From Desulfuromonadales bacterium (GTDB taxonomy: Bacteria > Desulfobacterota > Desulfuromonadia > Desulfuromonadales > JACZKF01): a stretch of 64,000 bases of DNA. Location of the stretch: assembly GCA_050485365.1 (NCBI GenBank), contig JBJHBH010000008.1, positions 2,143 to 66,142 of the forward strand. Direction: 5' to 3'. The position numbers and the translations under genes were made by a program. The notes beneath the pieces were generated by a model, which was given only the letters and a program-made list of their open reading frames with translations, made no database searches and was not told where the DNA came from. Shown piece after piece: positions 10,293-18,937 of this stretch; within the stretch, counting starts at the first letter, position 1; the number at the start of each line of letters is the position of its first letter.

Positions 10293-11245
10293 CGCAGCGC
10301 GGGCAGGACCTTTTCGCCGAAATCGGCGATGAAGCGCTCCTGGTCGCGGTGGACGTTGTGCAGGATGAGCGTCTCGAATCCCAGGGCCAGATCGTCGCGC
10401 AGCCACTGCAGGTGCGTCTCGGTGTCGGCCGAGACGCGCACCGCCTCCTTCAGATCGTCCGTGCGCACGAACTCGGCCGCCGCCTCGAACTCCTCGGGGG
10501 TGCGCAGCGCGCTCAAGACCGGGCTGTCGAAGATGGTGGTGCGCCACTGCTCGAAGGCCCCCTGCAGCGCCTCCTCGTCGCTCGCGGCGTAGGAGAGCTG
10601 CACCTTCAGCACCATCGGCTTTTTCTCTCCGCCCCCCCGGCGAAAGGCGTCGACGACCTCGACGAGCTCTTCGCGGGGGTGTGAGATGGTGATGAGCCCG
10701 TCGGCCCACCCGCCAACCCACTCGGCCGTCTCCGGCGTCAGGGCCGCGCCGAGAAGGAGAGGCGGCTCGGCGGAGCGGGTGTAGAGGGTCGCCTCTTCGA
10801 TGCGCACGACCCCGGCGCGGGTGAGCTTCTCGCCGCGCCACAGCGCCCGGATGATGTCGGCGCTCTCGCGAAGGCGCGCGTTGCGCTCCGCCTTGGTCGG
10901 CCAGTGGCTGCCGGTGATCCCCTCGTTGAGGAGCTGCCCGCTGCCCAGCGCGAGCCAGAAGCGCCCGGGGAACATCTGCGCCAGCGTCGCCGCCCCTTGC
11001 GCGATGACGGCGGGGTGATAGCGGTCGCCCGGCGCGCAGACGACGCCGAAGGGGAGGTCGGTCGCCTGCATGGCCGCCCCGAGCCAGCTCCAGGCAAAAC
11101 CGCTTTGCCCCTGCTCGCGGCTCCAGGGGTGAAAGTGGTCCGAGCTCAGCGCCGCGTCGAACCCCGCCTCCTGCGCCGCGCGGACGTAGCCGAGCAGCGC
11201 GCTCGGGGGGAACTGCTCGTGAGATGCGTGATAGCCGATCCTCAT
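10289..11245 (-). CDS. LLM-class (luciferase-like) oxidoreductase, TIGR03885-like
   Basis: MRIGYHASHEQF, SDHFHPW, AWSWLGAA and LNEGITG motifs. Confidence 0.88.
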   Translation of the reverse strand: MRIGYHASHEQFPPSALLGYVRAAQEAGFDAALSSDHFHPWSREQGQSGFAWSWLGAAMQATDLPFGVVCAPGDRYHPAVIAQGAATLAQMFPGRFWLALGSGQLLNEGITGSHWPTKAERNARLRESADIIRALWRGEKLTRAGVVRIEEATLYTRSAEPPLLLGAALTPETAEWVGGWADGLITISHPREELVEVVDAFRRGGGEKKPMVLKVQLSYAASDEEALQGAFEQWRTTIFDSPVLSALRTPEEFEAAAEFVRTDDLKEAVRVSADTETHLQWLRDDLALGFETLILHNVHRDQERFIADFGEKVLPALR

Positions 11246-11360
11246 GGCAGGGGCGCTCCTTTGTCGCGTTATCGCTATCGGGTCGGGGGGAGTTGCCTCC
11301 CCTTTCTTCCGAATCTATACCCCCAGACGTCGATGTCAATCGCCGCGGCGGCAGCGATGG

Positions 11361-11400
11361 AGAAAAGAAAGGGCTCCCGATCCTGGCGGACGGGAGCCCT
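11361..11400 (-). terminator. Intrinsic terminator after the Spy/CpxP gene
   Basis: GGGCTCCCG/CGGGAGCCC stem followed by TTTCTTTTCT on the minus strand. Confidence 0.75.
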
Positions 11401-11432
11401 CGCGTGCGACTTTCACTCTGCCGGACGGCAGA

Positions 11433-12044
11433 CTACATCATGCGGCAGGCGCCTCTTTTCCCCTTGTGTCCCCGCTCCATGAGCGCGTCGGCCTTCTCGC
11501 GCTGTTCGGGGGTGAGCAGGGCGTGGACCTGGCGACGGGTCTCGACGTGGGCGACGAGGAGCTGCGCCTTGATCTCGGCCTGGGCCGCGGTGAGCGCGCG
11601 AACCGCCGACTCGTCCAGCGTCTCGGCGCCCAGGACGCTGCGCATCTGCGCGCGGTTTTGTTTCATCTGCTCGCGAAGGGGCGCCAGCTCGCTGCGCTGT
11701 TCGCTGCGGATCTGTCCGATCTGCTCACGCTGCTGCGCCGTCAGGTCGAGGGCGCGGGCGATGCGCTCCAGATGATGCGCACGGTCACCCCCCATCCAGC
11801 GCCCTTCGGGGATGGCGACGAGCTCGCCGCGGATCTCGCGGCAGATCCCTTGACGCAGCTCGCCGTTTCGGGTGGTGAGCTCGACGGCGTCGCCGACGCT
11901 TCTGTCCGCGCACGCCTGCAGCGCCTGGGGCGACGGCCCCCATCGTTTGCCTTCCCTCTGCTCCGCCTGAGCCCATCCCGACACGGGGATCAGGGCCACC
12001 AGGGCCGCCATGGCCACGATTCGCTTCATCGTCTCTTTTTTCAT
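11433..12044 (-). CDS. Spy/CpxP family periplasmic chaperone
   Basis: Signal peptide and two LTxxQ motifs (LTAQQ, LTPEQ). Divergent from the BaeSR-like pair. Confidence 0.85.
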   Translation of the reverse strand: MKKETMKRIVAMAALVALIPVSGWAQAEQREGKRWGPSPQALQACADRSVGDAVELTTRNGELRQGICREIRGELVAIPEGRWMGGDRAHHLERIARALDLTAQQREQIGQIRSEQRSELAPLREQMKQNRAQMRSVLGAETLDESAVRALTAAQAEIKAQLLVAHVETRRQVHALLTPEQREKADALMERGHKGKRGACRMM

Positions 12045-12112
12045 CGCATCGATTCCTTTCTCGCGTGGACAACCCTTGCCGGTTGCCGGTATTTGCAAAG
12101 AAGGTAGCGGGC

Positions 12113-12142
12113 AATGTGGGAACAAATGTGGAGGAAATGGGG
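12113..12142. promoter_or_regulatory. Three direct repeats AATG(T/G)GG, putative OmpR-family (BaeR-like) binding site
   Basis: Copies start at 12113, 12125 and 12136 (11-12 bp period) in the divergent spacer. Confidence 0.45.
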
Positions 12143-12227
12143 AATTGCGCTTCAGGGTGAAAAATGGCGTGGATTCGCTTCGCGGCACTATGATAGGAAA
12201 TGGATGAACAAAAGAAGAGGCGACATC

Positions 12228-13634
12228 GTGACCTTCCGAATCCATCACCGACTTTTTCTCACCCTACTGGCCGCCTCTGGCGTCGTCGTCCTGTGCATGT
12301 TCTTCATCATGCAGTGGAGCATGAACCGCGGCTTCGTGCGCTACGTCAACACTGTCGAGGAGGAGCGCATCGAGCGCCTCGCGGCGGGGCTCGAGCAGGG
12401 GTGGGCCGAGAGCCGAAGCTGGGATTTCCTGCGGGAGGACCCCGGCGTCTGGATGCGTCTTTTCGCCATGACGCAAGGGGGGGACCCCGAAGAGGCGAGA
12501 CTCGCCATGGAGAGATGGCAGGGCAGGGGACGCCCGCCCGGATCTTTGCTGCGGCGCTCGGTCCTGCTCGATGCCGAGCGCAACATCGTTCTCGGTCAGC
12601 CCCGGGGGGAGGGGGAGATGACCCTGCGCCCCCTCACCGTCGACGGCCGCATCGTCGGCTATCTGGGGCAGCCCCCGCACAGGGATCTGACCGAAATCCA
12701 CGAACTGCGCTTCGTGCAGCAGCAAAAGCTCACCATGACCCTCGTGGCGGTGATCGTCCTGCTCGTCTCGGCCCTGCTTTCCCTGCCGCTGGCCCACCGC
12801 CTGGTGCGCCCCATCAAGGAGATCGCCGCGGCCACCCACCGTCTGGCCGCGGGCGAATACGCCGTGCGGGTCCCCGCCGCCGCTTCCGACGAGATCGGCC
12901 GGCTCGCCCGCGACTTCAACGAGCTGGCGCTGACGCTGGAGAAGAACGAGAAGGCGCGCCGCGGATGGGTCGCCGATATCTCCCACGAGCTGCGCACCCC
13001 GCTGTCGGTTCTGCGCGGAGAGATCGAGGCGCTGCAGGACGGCGTGCGCCGCCCCACCCCCGAGGCGCTCAGGTCGCTGCACACCGAGGTCGTGCAGCTC
13101 TCGCGCATCGTTGACGACCTCTATCAGCTCTCCCTTTCGGATCTGGGCGAGCTGACCTACCGCAAGACCAAGGTCGATCTGGTCGAAATTCTCGAGCAGT
13201 GCCTCGATCCGCTCCTCGACGATTTCGCCCGAAAAAAGCTGAAGCTGCAGCTGCGCATCGCCGAGGGGCCCGTCCACATCTTCGCCGATCCGGATCGCCT
13301 CCGTCAGCTCTTCGGCAATCTGCTGGAGAACGCCCTGCGCTACACCGACGGTCCCGGCCTCGTCAAATGCTCGCTGGAGAACGGCAACGTCTGGACGACG
13401 GTGCACATCATCGACAGCGCCCCTGGGGTCCCCGAGGCGGAGCTCGGCCGGCTCTTCGAGCGCCTCTACCGCGTGGAGAGCTCGCGCAGCCGCGCCACCG
13501 GCGGCGCCGGGCTGGGGCTCGCGATCTGCCGCAACATCGTCGAGGGGCACTCCGGGACCATCGATGCGCGCCCCTCGCCCCACGGCGGGTTGTGGATCAC
13601 GGTGAAGATTCCGAAGATGGGAGCAAGACTATGA
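12228..13634 (+). CDS. baeS: HAMP sensor histidine kinase (BaeS-like)
   Basis: Two TM segments, HAMP, ADISHELRTP H-box, NALRY and GGAGLGL. GTG start after AGAGG. Confidence 0.85.
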   Translation: MTFRIHHRLFLTLLAASGVVVLCMFFIMQWSMNRGFVRYVNTVEEERIERLAAGLEQGWAESRSWDFLREDPGVWMRLFAMTQGGDPEEARLAMERWQGRGRPPGSLLRRSVLLDAERNIVLGQPRGEGEMTLRPLTVDGRIVGYLGQPPHRDLTEIHELRFVQQQKLTMTLVAVIVLLVSALLSLPLAHRLVRPIKEIAAATHRLAAGEYAVRVPAAASDEIGRLARDFNELALTLEKNEKARRGWVADISHELRTPLSVLRGEIEALQDGVRRPTPEALRSLHTEVVQLSRIVDDLYQLSLSDLGELTYRKTKVDLVEILEQCLDPLLDDFARKKLKLQLRIAEGPVHIFADPDRLRQLFGNLLENALRYTDGPGLVKCSLENGNVWTTVHIIDSAPGVPEAELGRLFERLYRVESSRSRATGGAGLGLAICRNIVEGHSGTIDARPSPHGGLWITVKIPKMGARL

Positions 13635-14293
13635 GGACGGTACTGATCGTCGAGGACGAGCGCAAGCTGGCTTCGCTGCTCAGCGACTACCTGCAGCAGG
13701 CGGGTTTCGAGACGAGGACGTTGGAGGACGGGCGCGACGTCGTCCCCTTCGTGCGTCAGACCCCCCCTGAGCTGATTTTGCTCGATCTGATGCTTCCGGG
13801 GCGCGACGGCATGGAAATCTGCAAGGAGATCCGCACCTTCTCTCAGGTGCCGATCATCATGATCACCGCCCGGGTCGAAGAGATCGACCGGCTGCTGGGG
13901 CTCGAGCTCGGCGCCGACGACTACATCTGCAAGCCCTTCAGCCCCCGCGAGGTGGTGGCGCGGGTGAAGACGGTGCTGCGCAGGGCCTCGGGGGGCGCGG
14001 CGCAGATCGAAGGGCTCGTCCTCGACCCCCAGCGCTACAGCGCCGCGCTGCACGGGCACGAGATCGACCTCACCGCCGTCGAGTTCAAGCTGCTGCACAT
14101 CCTCGCCGCCCACCCCGGGCGCATCTACTCGCGCATCCAGCTCATGGATCGCATCTACCCCGACCAGCGCGTCGTCAGCGACCGCACCATCGACAGCCAC
14201 ATCAAGAAGCTGCGCAGGAAGATCGACGCCGCCGTCCCCGGCGCCGACATCATCCACTCCATCTACGGCGCCGGATACAAGCTGGAGGTGTGA
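13631..14293 (+). CDS. baeR: OmpR-family response regulator (BaeR-like)
   Basis: LIVED, LLDLMLP, GADDYICKPFSPRE and winged-helix RTIDSHIKKLR. Overlaps the kinase stop. Confidence 0.87.
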   Translation: MRTVLIVEDERKLASLLSDYLQQAGFETRTLEDGRDVVPFVRQTPPELILLDLMLPGRDGMEICKEIRTFSQVPIIMITARVEEIDRLLGLELGADDYICKPFSPREVVARVKTVLRRASGGAAQIEGLVLDPQRYSAALHGHEIDLTAVEFKLLHILAAHPGRIYSRIQLMDRIYPDQRVVSDRTIDSHIKKLRRKIDAAVPGADIIHSIYGAGYKLEV

Positions 14294-14300
14294 AAGAGAT

Positions 14301-14392
14301 GTAGGGGCGCAATTCATTGCGCCCAGGCCCCCTGACGTCCGGCACAATGAATCCGGGCGTGACGAACCGGGCGCGATGAATCGCGCCCCTAC
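14301..14392. repeat. GTAG-type REP doublet (REPIN), copy 2
   Basis: Same arms as 10211-10292 with a different spacer. Confidence 0.85.
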
Positions 14393-16641
14393 GAGGAGAC
14401 CAGCTCGCCGATGAAGAGGCTGCCGTTGTGGACGAGGAAGCAACTCGGCATCCCCGCGGTGAGCTCGGCGAGGCGCCGGGCGTGGTTCTCCTCGTCCCCC
14501 TCCTCCGGCGTCGCCAGCCCCAGCATCACCAGATCCGCCCCGCCGCTTTCGCGCAGGATCACCTCCTTCACGCTCGTCCCCTCCGGTTTGATCATCACGT
14601 CGATCTCGGCCGAGATGCGGATCTCGGGGATGAGCTTCTCCAGGAAGCGCTCGGTCTTCTCCTGCATCAGGCGGTTCGAGGCCACCGAGAGGATGCGGAT
14701 CTGCGACCCGCGCCACTCGGGGTTGCGGGTGAGCAGGAACGAGAGCAGCAGCATCAGGTCGCCGTTTCGCTGCAGCCCCCCCCACCAGATATGCACGCTG
14801 CGCCGCTTCCCCTCGCGCAAGGGGGCCAGGGGTTTGAGCCGCCCGATCATCAAGGAGATCCCCAGGCGCTTCAGGTGCCGTATGACGCGCAGAAAGTGGA
14901 CCTGGCGATCGAACTCGTCGGGCCACCCCAGAAGGACGGTGTTGCTCTCGATGCCGGCGATGCCGCTCGCCTGCGCCACCGTGACGATACCCCTCTCGAC
15001 ATTCTGCACCACGTCGACCTCGCCGAAGGCGACGATCCCCTCGCGCTTGAGGACCGTCTCGATCTCCTTGCGCCGCTTGGCGATGTCGAGATCGAGGTGC
15101 AGCAGATCCCCCTCCACCAACTCGCACACGGTGACGATGCCGCGGTCCTCGCTGAACCAGGAGCCGTAGCGCACCAGATCGAGGCGTCGCTCGACGTTGC
15201 CGACGAAGACCAGCACGTGGGGGCGCCAGTTGCGCGCCGTCATCGGCCGGTCCGCCAGGCGGATGAGCGCCCAGCGGATGAGCGCCTCGTAGATGTCGCG
15301 GCGCACATCCCCCCAGTGCTCCTTGGCGACGCGGCGCCGCAGCACGAGCCACAGCAGCATCACGGTGAGCAGCGCCGTGATCGTGGCCGGCAGGTTGATC
15401 AGCGTCATCGCCGCGAAGCACCCCAGCGCGCCGGCGAGGCTGATCGGCCAGGGGACGTCGACGCGGGGGCGCCACGCCGGGTTCCCCGAGAGCTTCTCCA
15501 GCGCCGCCACCAGGTTGATGGTGCCGTAGACGGTGAGGAAGAACATGGTGACGACGGTGGCGACGGTGTTCAGATTCCCCAGCAGGACGGCGCTCAGGGC
15601 GATGGCCAGGGTGACGAAGAGACCGACGATCGGCTCCTTGGGGGCGCCGTTGTTGCCGTTGATCTCCTGGACGGAGTGCTTTTTCTGCGAGGAGAAGTCG
15701 GCGATCAGCGCCTGCAGGGTGCGCGGCGCCGCGAGCATCGATCCGACGGCCGAGGAGAAGATGGCCCCCCAGAGTCCCGGCAGGATGAGCCAGGGGCCGA
15801 GAACGGCGATCTGCGTCCAGACAAGCGGATCGGTGCGCAGCGTCTCGGCGTCGCTCCCCAGAAAGAGGAGGATCGGAACGAGCAGATAGACGACGAATCC
15901 GGTCAAGGTGGCCAGGATCGTCCCCTTGGGGATCGACTTGCGCGGATCGGCCAGATCGCCCGAGAGGCTCAGCCCGGCCATGATGCCGGTCACCGCGGGG
16001 AAGAAGACGGCGAAGACGAGCCAGAAATCGACCCCTTCAACGGGGGCGACGGCCTGAACGCCCTCCGGGGGCTCGCCCGTCAGGACGCCCGCCGCCAGGG
16101 CGAGGAGCGAGACGGCGATGAGCGCCATGACCGGCAGCTGGGTTCGCAGCGCCGCGCCGGCGCCGCGAAAGGCCAGGGCCGCCACCAGGGCGATGATCAC
16201 GAGGGTCGTCGCCTGGATCGGCACATCGGGCCAGACGATGCGCAGCGATTCGGCCAGACCGAAGGAGTAGAGGGTGACCGAGAGGGCCTGGGAGAGAAAG
16301 AGAGGGAAGCCGATGGCGGCACCGATGTCGACGCCGAGGCTTCGCGAGATCATGAAGTACGCCCCGCCGACGCCGACCCGGGAGTTGGTGGCCACCGCCG
16401 AGAGGCACAGCGAGGTGACGAGGGTGATGGAGTTGGCCATCGCCACGATGAGCAGGGCGCGGCCGATCCCGACCTCTCCGACGACCCACCCGAAGCGCAG
16501 GTACATGATGACGCCGAGGATGGTGAGGATGGTCGGGGTGTAGACGCCGAGAAAGGTGCCGAGCCCCGAGGGGCGGGGCCGCCTCAGGCGCTCTTTTCTG
16601 TCCGAAGGGGTTTTGGAAAGGTTTTTGAAAATTTGGCGCAT
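14389..16641 (-). CDS. Cation-chloride cotransporter / amino acid permease (SLC12-like)
   Basis: LGTFLGVY, GGAYFMISRSLG, FFPAVTGIMAG, NWRPHVLV and WWGGLQRNGDLMLL motifs. Confidence 0.88.
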   Translation of the reverse strand: MRQIFKNLSKTPSDRKERLRRPRPSGLGTFLGVYTPTILTILGVIMYLRFGWVVGEVGIGRALLIVAMANSITLVTSLCLSAVATNSRVGVGGAYFMISRSLGVDIGAAIGFPLFLSQALSVTLYSFGLAESLRIVWPDVPIQATTLVIIALVAALAFRGAGAALRTQLPVMALIAVSLLALAAGVLTGEPPEGVQAVAPVEGVDFWLVFAVFFPAVTGIMAGLSLSGDLADPRKSIPKGTILATLTGFVVYLLVPILLFLGSDAETLRTDPLVWTQIAVLGPWLILPGLWGAIFSSAVGSMLAAPRTLQALIADFSSQKKHSVQEINGNNGAPKEPIVGLFVTLAIALSAVLLGNLNTVATVVTMFFLTVYGTINLVAALEKLSGNPAWRPRVDVPWPISLAGALGCFAAMTLINLPATITALLTVMLLWLVLRRRVAKEHWGDVRRDIYEALIRWALIRLADRPMTARNWRPHVLVFVGNVERRLDLVRYGSWFSEDRGIVTVCELVEGDLLHLDLDIAKRRKEIETVLKREGIVAFGEVDVVQNVERGIVTVAQASGIAGIESNTVLLGWPDEFDRQVHFLRVIRHLKRLGISLMIGRLKPLAPLREGKRRSVHIWWGGLQRNGDLMLLLSFLLTRNPEWRGSQIRILSVASNRLMQEKTERFLEKLIPEIRISAEIDVMIKPEGTSVKEVILRESGGADLVMLGLATPEEGDEENHARRLAELTAGMPSCFLVHNGSLFIGELVSS

Positions 16642-16780
16642 CGCATCTCCCGGGAGCGACTATTTAAGCCGAAACCGAAGGAGATTGCCAGCTTTTCCGA
16701 AACGCGCGCCCGCAATGGGGAAGGCGCGCTCCCGGGCTCGACCGGCGTCGATGGCGATGGTATGATCCGTGGCGGGGGAG

Positions 16781-16969
16781 CTACTTCTGCGGGTTTTCAC
16801 CCGGAAGGAGGGCGAAGACGGTGCCGACGGCCAATCCGAACAGGGCCCCTGACCAGGGGCTCGCGAGGGCGCCTCATATGCCGCCGGCGCATTGGCCGAG
16901 ATAGCCGAGAAGGGCACCGAAGAGGGCCCCTGCGCCGCAGAAAATCGATATTCGGGTGATCCTGTTCAC
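16781..16969 (-). CDS. Candidate small membrane selenoprotein (62 aa, Sec at codon 32)
   Basis: GGAGG RBS and GTG start. Translates as MNRITRISIFCGAGALFGALLGYLGQCAGGI-U-GALASPWSGALFGLAVGTVFALLPGENPQK-stop. In-frame TGA at 16876-16874 is followed by a SECIS-like hairpin. Confidence 0.7.
16845..16860 (-). promoter_or_regulatory. Candidate bacterial SECIS hairpin
   Basis: GCCCCT-GGTC-AGGGGC begins 13 nt after the TGA, placing the loop 19 nt downstream. Loop GGUC resembles the E. coli fdhF SECIS loop. Confidence 0.6.
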
Positions 16970-17044
16970 ATATCCTCCCTGTTGCGGCCCCTGTTGGAGA
17001 GCGTGCGCCCCCGGGGGCGGACGAGCGCTTCGCGCCTTCGTCGC

Positions 17045-17545
17045 TCAGCGGCTGATGCCGATCCCGATGCCGACGCCGAATCGGGTGCGGGTCGCTTCGG
17101 GATGGTCCGTCGGCGTCCAGAGGCGCATCTCGTGGGCGCTCAGCACCGGGTAGCGGTAATCGAGCTCGTCGATGCGCCCGGTGCGGCTCCCCTGAACCTG
17201 GCCCACGACGGTGACGAGGCGCCCCGGCCGGTAGATGGCCGGATCGCGGAAGGCGGGGTCGGTAACGAGGAAGCGGCCCGCCGAGCGGTTGACGGCGCTG
17301 ATGCGGCCGCGCCCGTCGAGGGGATGCTGGACGATCTCGAATACGGTGCCGCTCTCCTTGTCGGTGCGCACCGAGGCGATGGTGCCGCCGACGAGCAGAT
17401 AGTCGCCCACATGGCGCTCGGGCTCACGGATCAGTTCTTCAAAGGTGAGCTGCGGGTCGACGAGCTGCATCGCCTCGCGGCTGACGGCCGGGGCGCACGC
17501 CGTGACGAGCAGCAAGGCGATGGCGGCGAGGATGAGGGGACGCAT
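17045..17545 (-). CDS. Slp family outer-membrane lipoprotein
   Basis: Lipobox VTAC, GRFLV, DPAIYRPGRLVTVVG, YRYPV and C-terminal GVGIGIG. Confidence 0.87.
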   Translation of the reverse strand: MRPLILAAIALLLVTACAPAVSREAMQLVDPQLTFEELIREPERHVGDYLLVGGTIASVRTDKESGTVFEIVQHPLDGRGRISAVNRSAGRFLVTDPAFRDPAIYRPGRLVTVVGQVQGSRTGRIDELDYRYPVLSAHEMRLWTPTDHPEATRTRFGVGIGIGISR

Positions 17546-17641
17546 GTCGATGACCTCCCTTCGCAAGGATATAGTGTCAGTGTGGGGCACCCCCGCAGCG
17601 CTGTCAAGAGGGGCGGCCCGTGTCGCGAGAGAGGATCGGCC

Positions 17642-17893
17642 ATGATGGTGAGAAACGAGGACGTGGTGCAGGTGACGACGGAAATCCCCGAGGGGCATCT
17701 GCATCTGCGTACCACGCTGCAGTTGGTGGACGGAACGGCTGTGGTGCTGCAGGAAGCGACGATGGCGGCCCTGGTGCGGGCCTACGTCGCGGTGAAGACC
17801 GATCCGCTGCGCGAGCGCGTGGTGCTGACGGGGCGCAAGGTCGCCGAGCGAAAGAAGGGGTATGCCGAGTGGCAGCTTCTGGAGGTCGAATGA
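17642..17893 (+). CDS. Conserved hypothetical protein (83 aa)
   Basis: GAGG RBS and coding-like codon usage. Sequence includes EIPEGHLHLR..LQEATMAALVRAY..KKGYAEWQLLE. Confidence 0.65.
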   Translation: MMVRNEDVVQVTTEIPEGHLHLRTTLQLVDGTAVVLQEATMAALVRAYVAVKTDPLRERVVLTGRKVAERKKGYAEWQLLEVE

Positions 17894-18519
17894 AAAAGGG
17901 AGATCCGAAGAAAAAGGACGCAGAAGTGAAGAAGGAGGAAGAGGAGCCGATCCTTTTCCCGAAGCGTCCCAAGGCCCCCCCTTCGGTGCGGATCGGCGCG
18001 GCCGTCGCGTTGTTGCTGCTGCTGTGGGCGATGTACCACTACGCCGCCCGTACGGCCGCCGCCGAAGCGCCGCAGCGGGCGGAGCCCCCCGGCGTCGCCG
18101 CCTTCGGGGGGCGATCACCCCTGCCCCAGAAATCCCTTGATCCGCGCGATGTAGTTGCGCGTCTCGGTCGGAAGGAACGTTCCGTCGCTGCGGTCGAGGT
18201 TCCCCGGCCCCCAGTTGTAGGCCGCCAGGGCCTTGTCGAGGTCGCCGTCGTAGCGATCGAGCATCATCCTGAGATAGCGCGTTCCGCCGAAGACGTTCTG
18301 CTCGGGGTCGAAGGGGTCGCTCACCCCCATGTCGCGGGCCGTGCCGGGCATGAGCTGCATGAGCCCCTGTGCGCCGGCGGGGGAGACCGCCACGGGGTTG
18401 AAGGAGCTTTCGGCGCGGATGACCGCCCGCACGAGCTCGGGGGCGAGGTTGTAGCGCTCGGCGGCCCGCGCGACGATGCCGTCGAGGGAGTCTTTCGGGG
18501 GCGACGCGACGCTGAATGA
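17890..18519 (+). CDS. Hypothetical single-TM protein; frame runs antisense into the slt gene
   Basis: ATGA overlap with the upstream gene, then a charged N-terminus and one TM helix. The real coding part probably ends near 18114. Confidence 0.4.
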   Translation: MKKGDPKKKDAEVKKEEEEPILFPKRPKAPPSVRIGAAVALLLLLWAMYHYAARTAAAEAPQRAEPPGVAAFGGRSPLPQKSLDPRDVVARLGRKERSVAAVEVPRPPVVGRQGLVEVAVVAIEHHPEIARSAEDVLLGVEGVAHPHVAGRAGHELHEPLCAGGGDRHGVEGAFGADDRPHELGGEVVALGGPRDDAVEGVFRGRRDAE

Positions 18520-18849
18520 CGCCTTGCGGGTGACTTCCGGGGCCGACGTGTCAACGTTTCGACTCGCGGCGCCGTAGCGGGCGAGGAGGGCGTTGATGTG
18601 CTGCTGACTCGGCAGGACGGCGTTCTCGTCGGAGCCCTCTCCCCAGTTGAGGGAGGCGCTGAGCATCTGCATCTTTGCCGCGTGGGCGATCATCTGGGCC
18701 TGAAGCGCCAGAGATTCCGAAGACTTGCCGGGCGGCAGAGCGCTCTGGAGCGCCTCGGCGAAGCGCTCCGTCTCGGTGTGGCTGCGCCCGCTCTCCTTCG
18801 GCGCTGCGGGGGTGTTGACGGACGGGGTTTGGATGGGGGGGATCGACAT
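18115..18849 (-). CDS. Lytic transglycosylase (SLT domain) protein
   Basis: AVIRAESSFN, GAQGLMQLMP, ALAAYNWGPG and ETRNY motifs. Start after AAGGAG. Confidence 0.9.
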   Translation of the reverse strand: MSIPPIQTPSVNTPAAPKESGRSHTETERFAEALQSALPPGKSSESLALQAQMIAHAAKMQMLSASLNWGEGSDENAVLPSQQHINALLARYGAASRNVDTSAPEVTRKASFSVASPPKDSLDGIVARAAERYNLAPELVRAVIRAESSFNPVAVSPAGAQGLMQLMPGTARDMGVSDPFDPEQNVFGGTRYLRMMLDRYDGDLDKALAAYNWGPGNLDRSDGTFLPTETRNYIARIKGFLGQG

Positions 18850-18887
18850 GCCCTCGAGCTCCTTCATGGGGTGGACACCGATCGGTT

Positions 18888-18904
18888 TGCAGAGGGCATG
18901 CCAA
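18888..18904 (-). promoter_or_regulatory. Putative sigma54 promoter of the slt gene
   Basis: TTGGCATGCCCTCTGCA, with GG-N10-GC spacing. Confidence 0.6.
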
Positions 18905-18937
18905 ATCGGGAAGGTGTCGCCCTTGCCCGCCCGTGCA

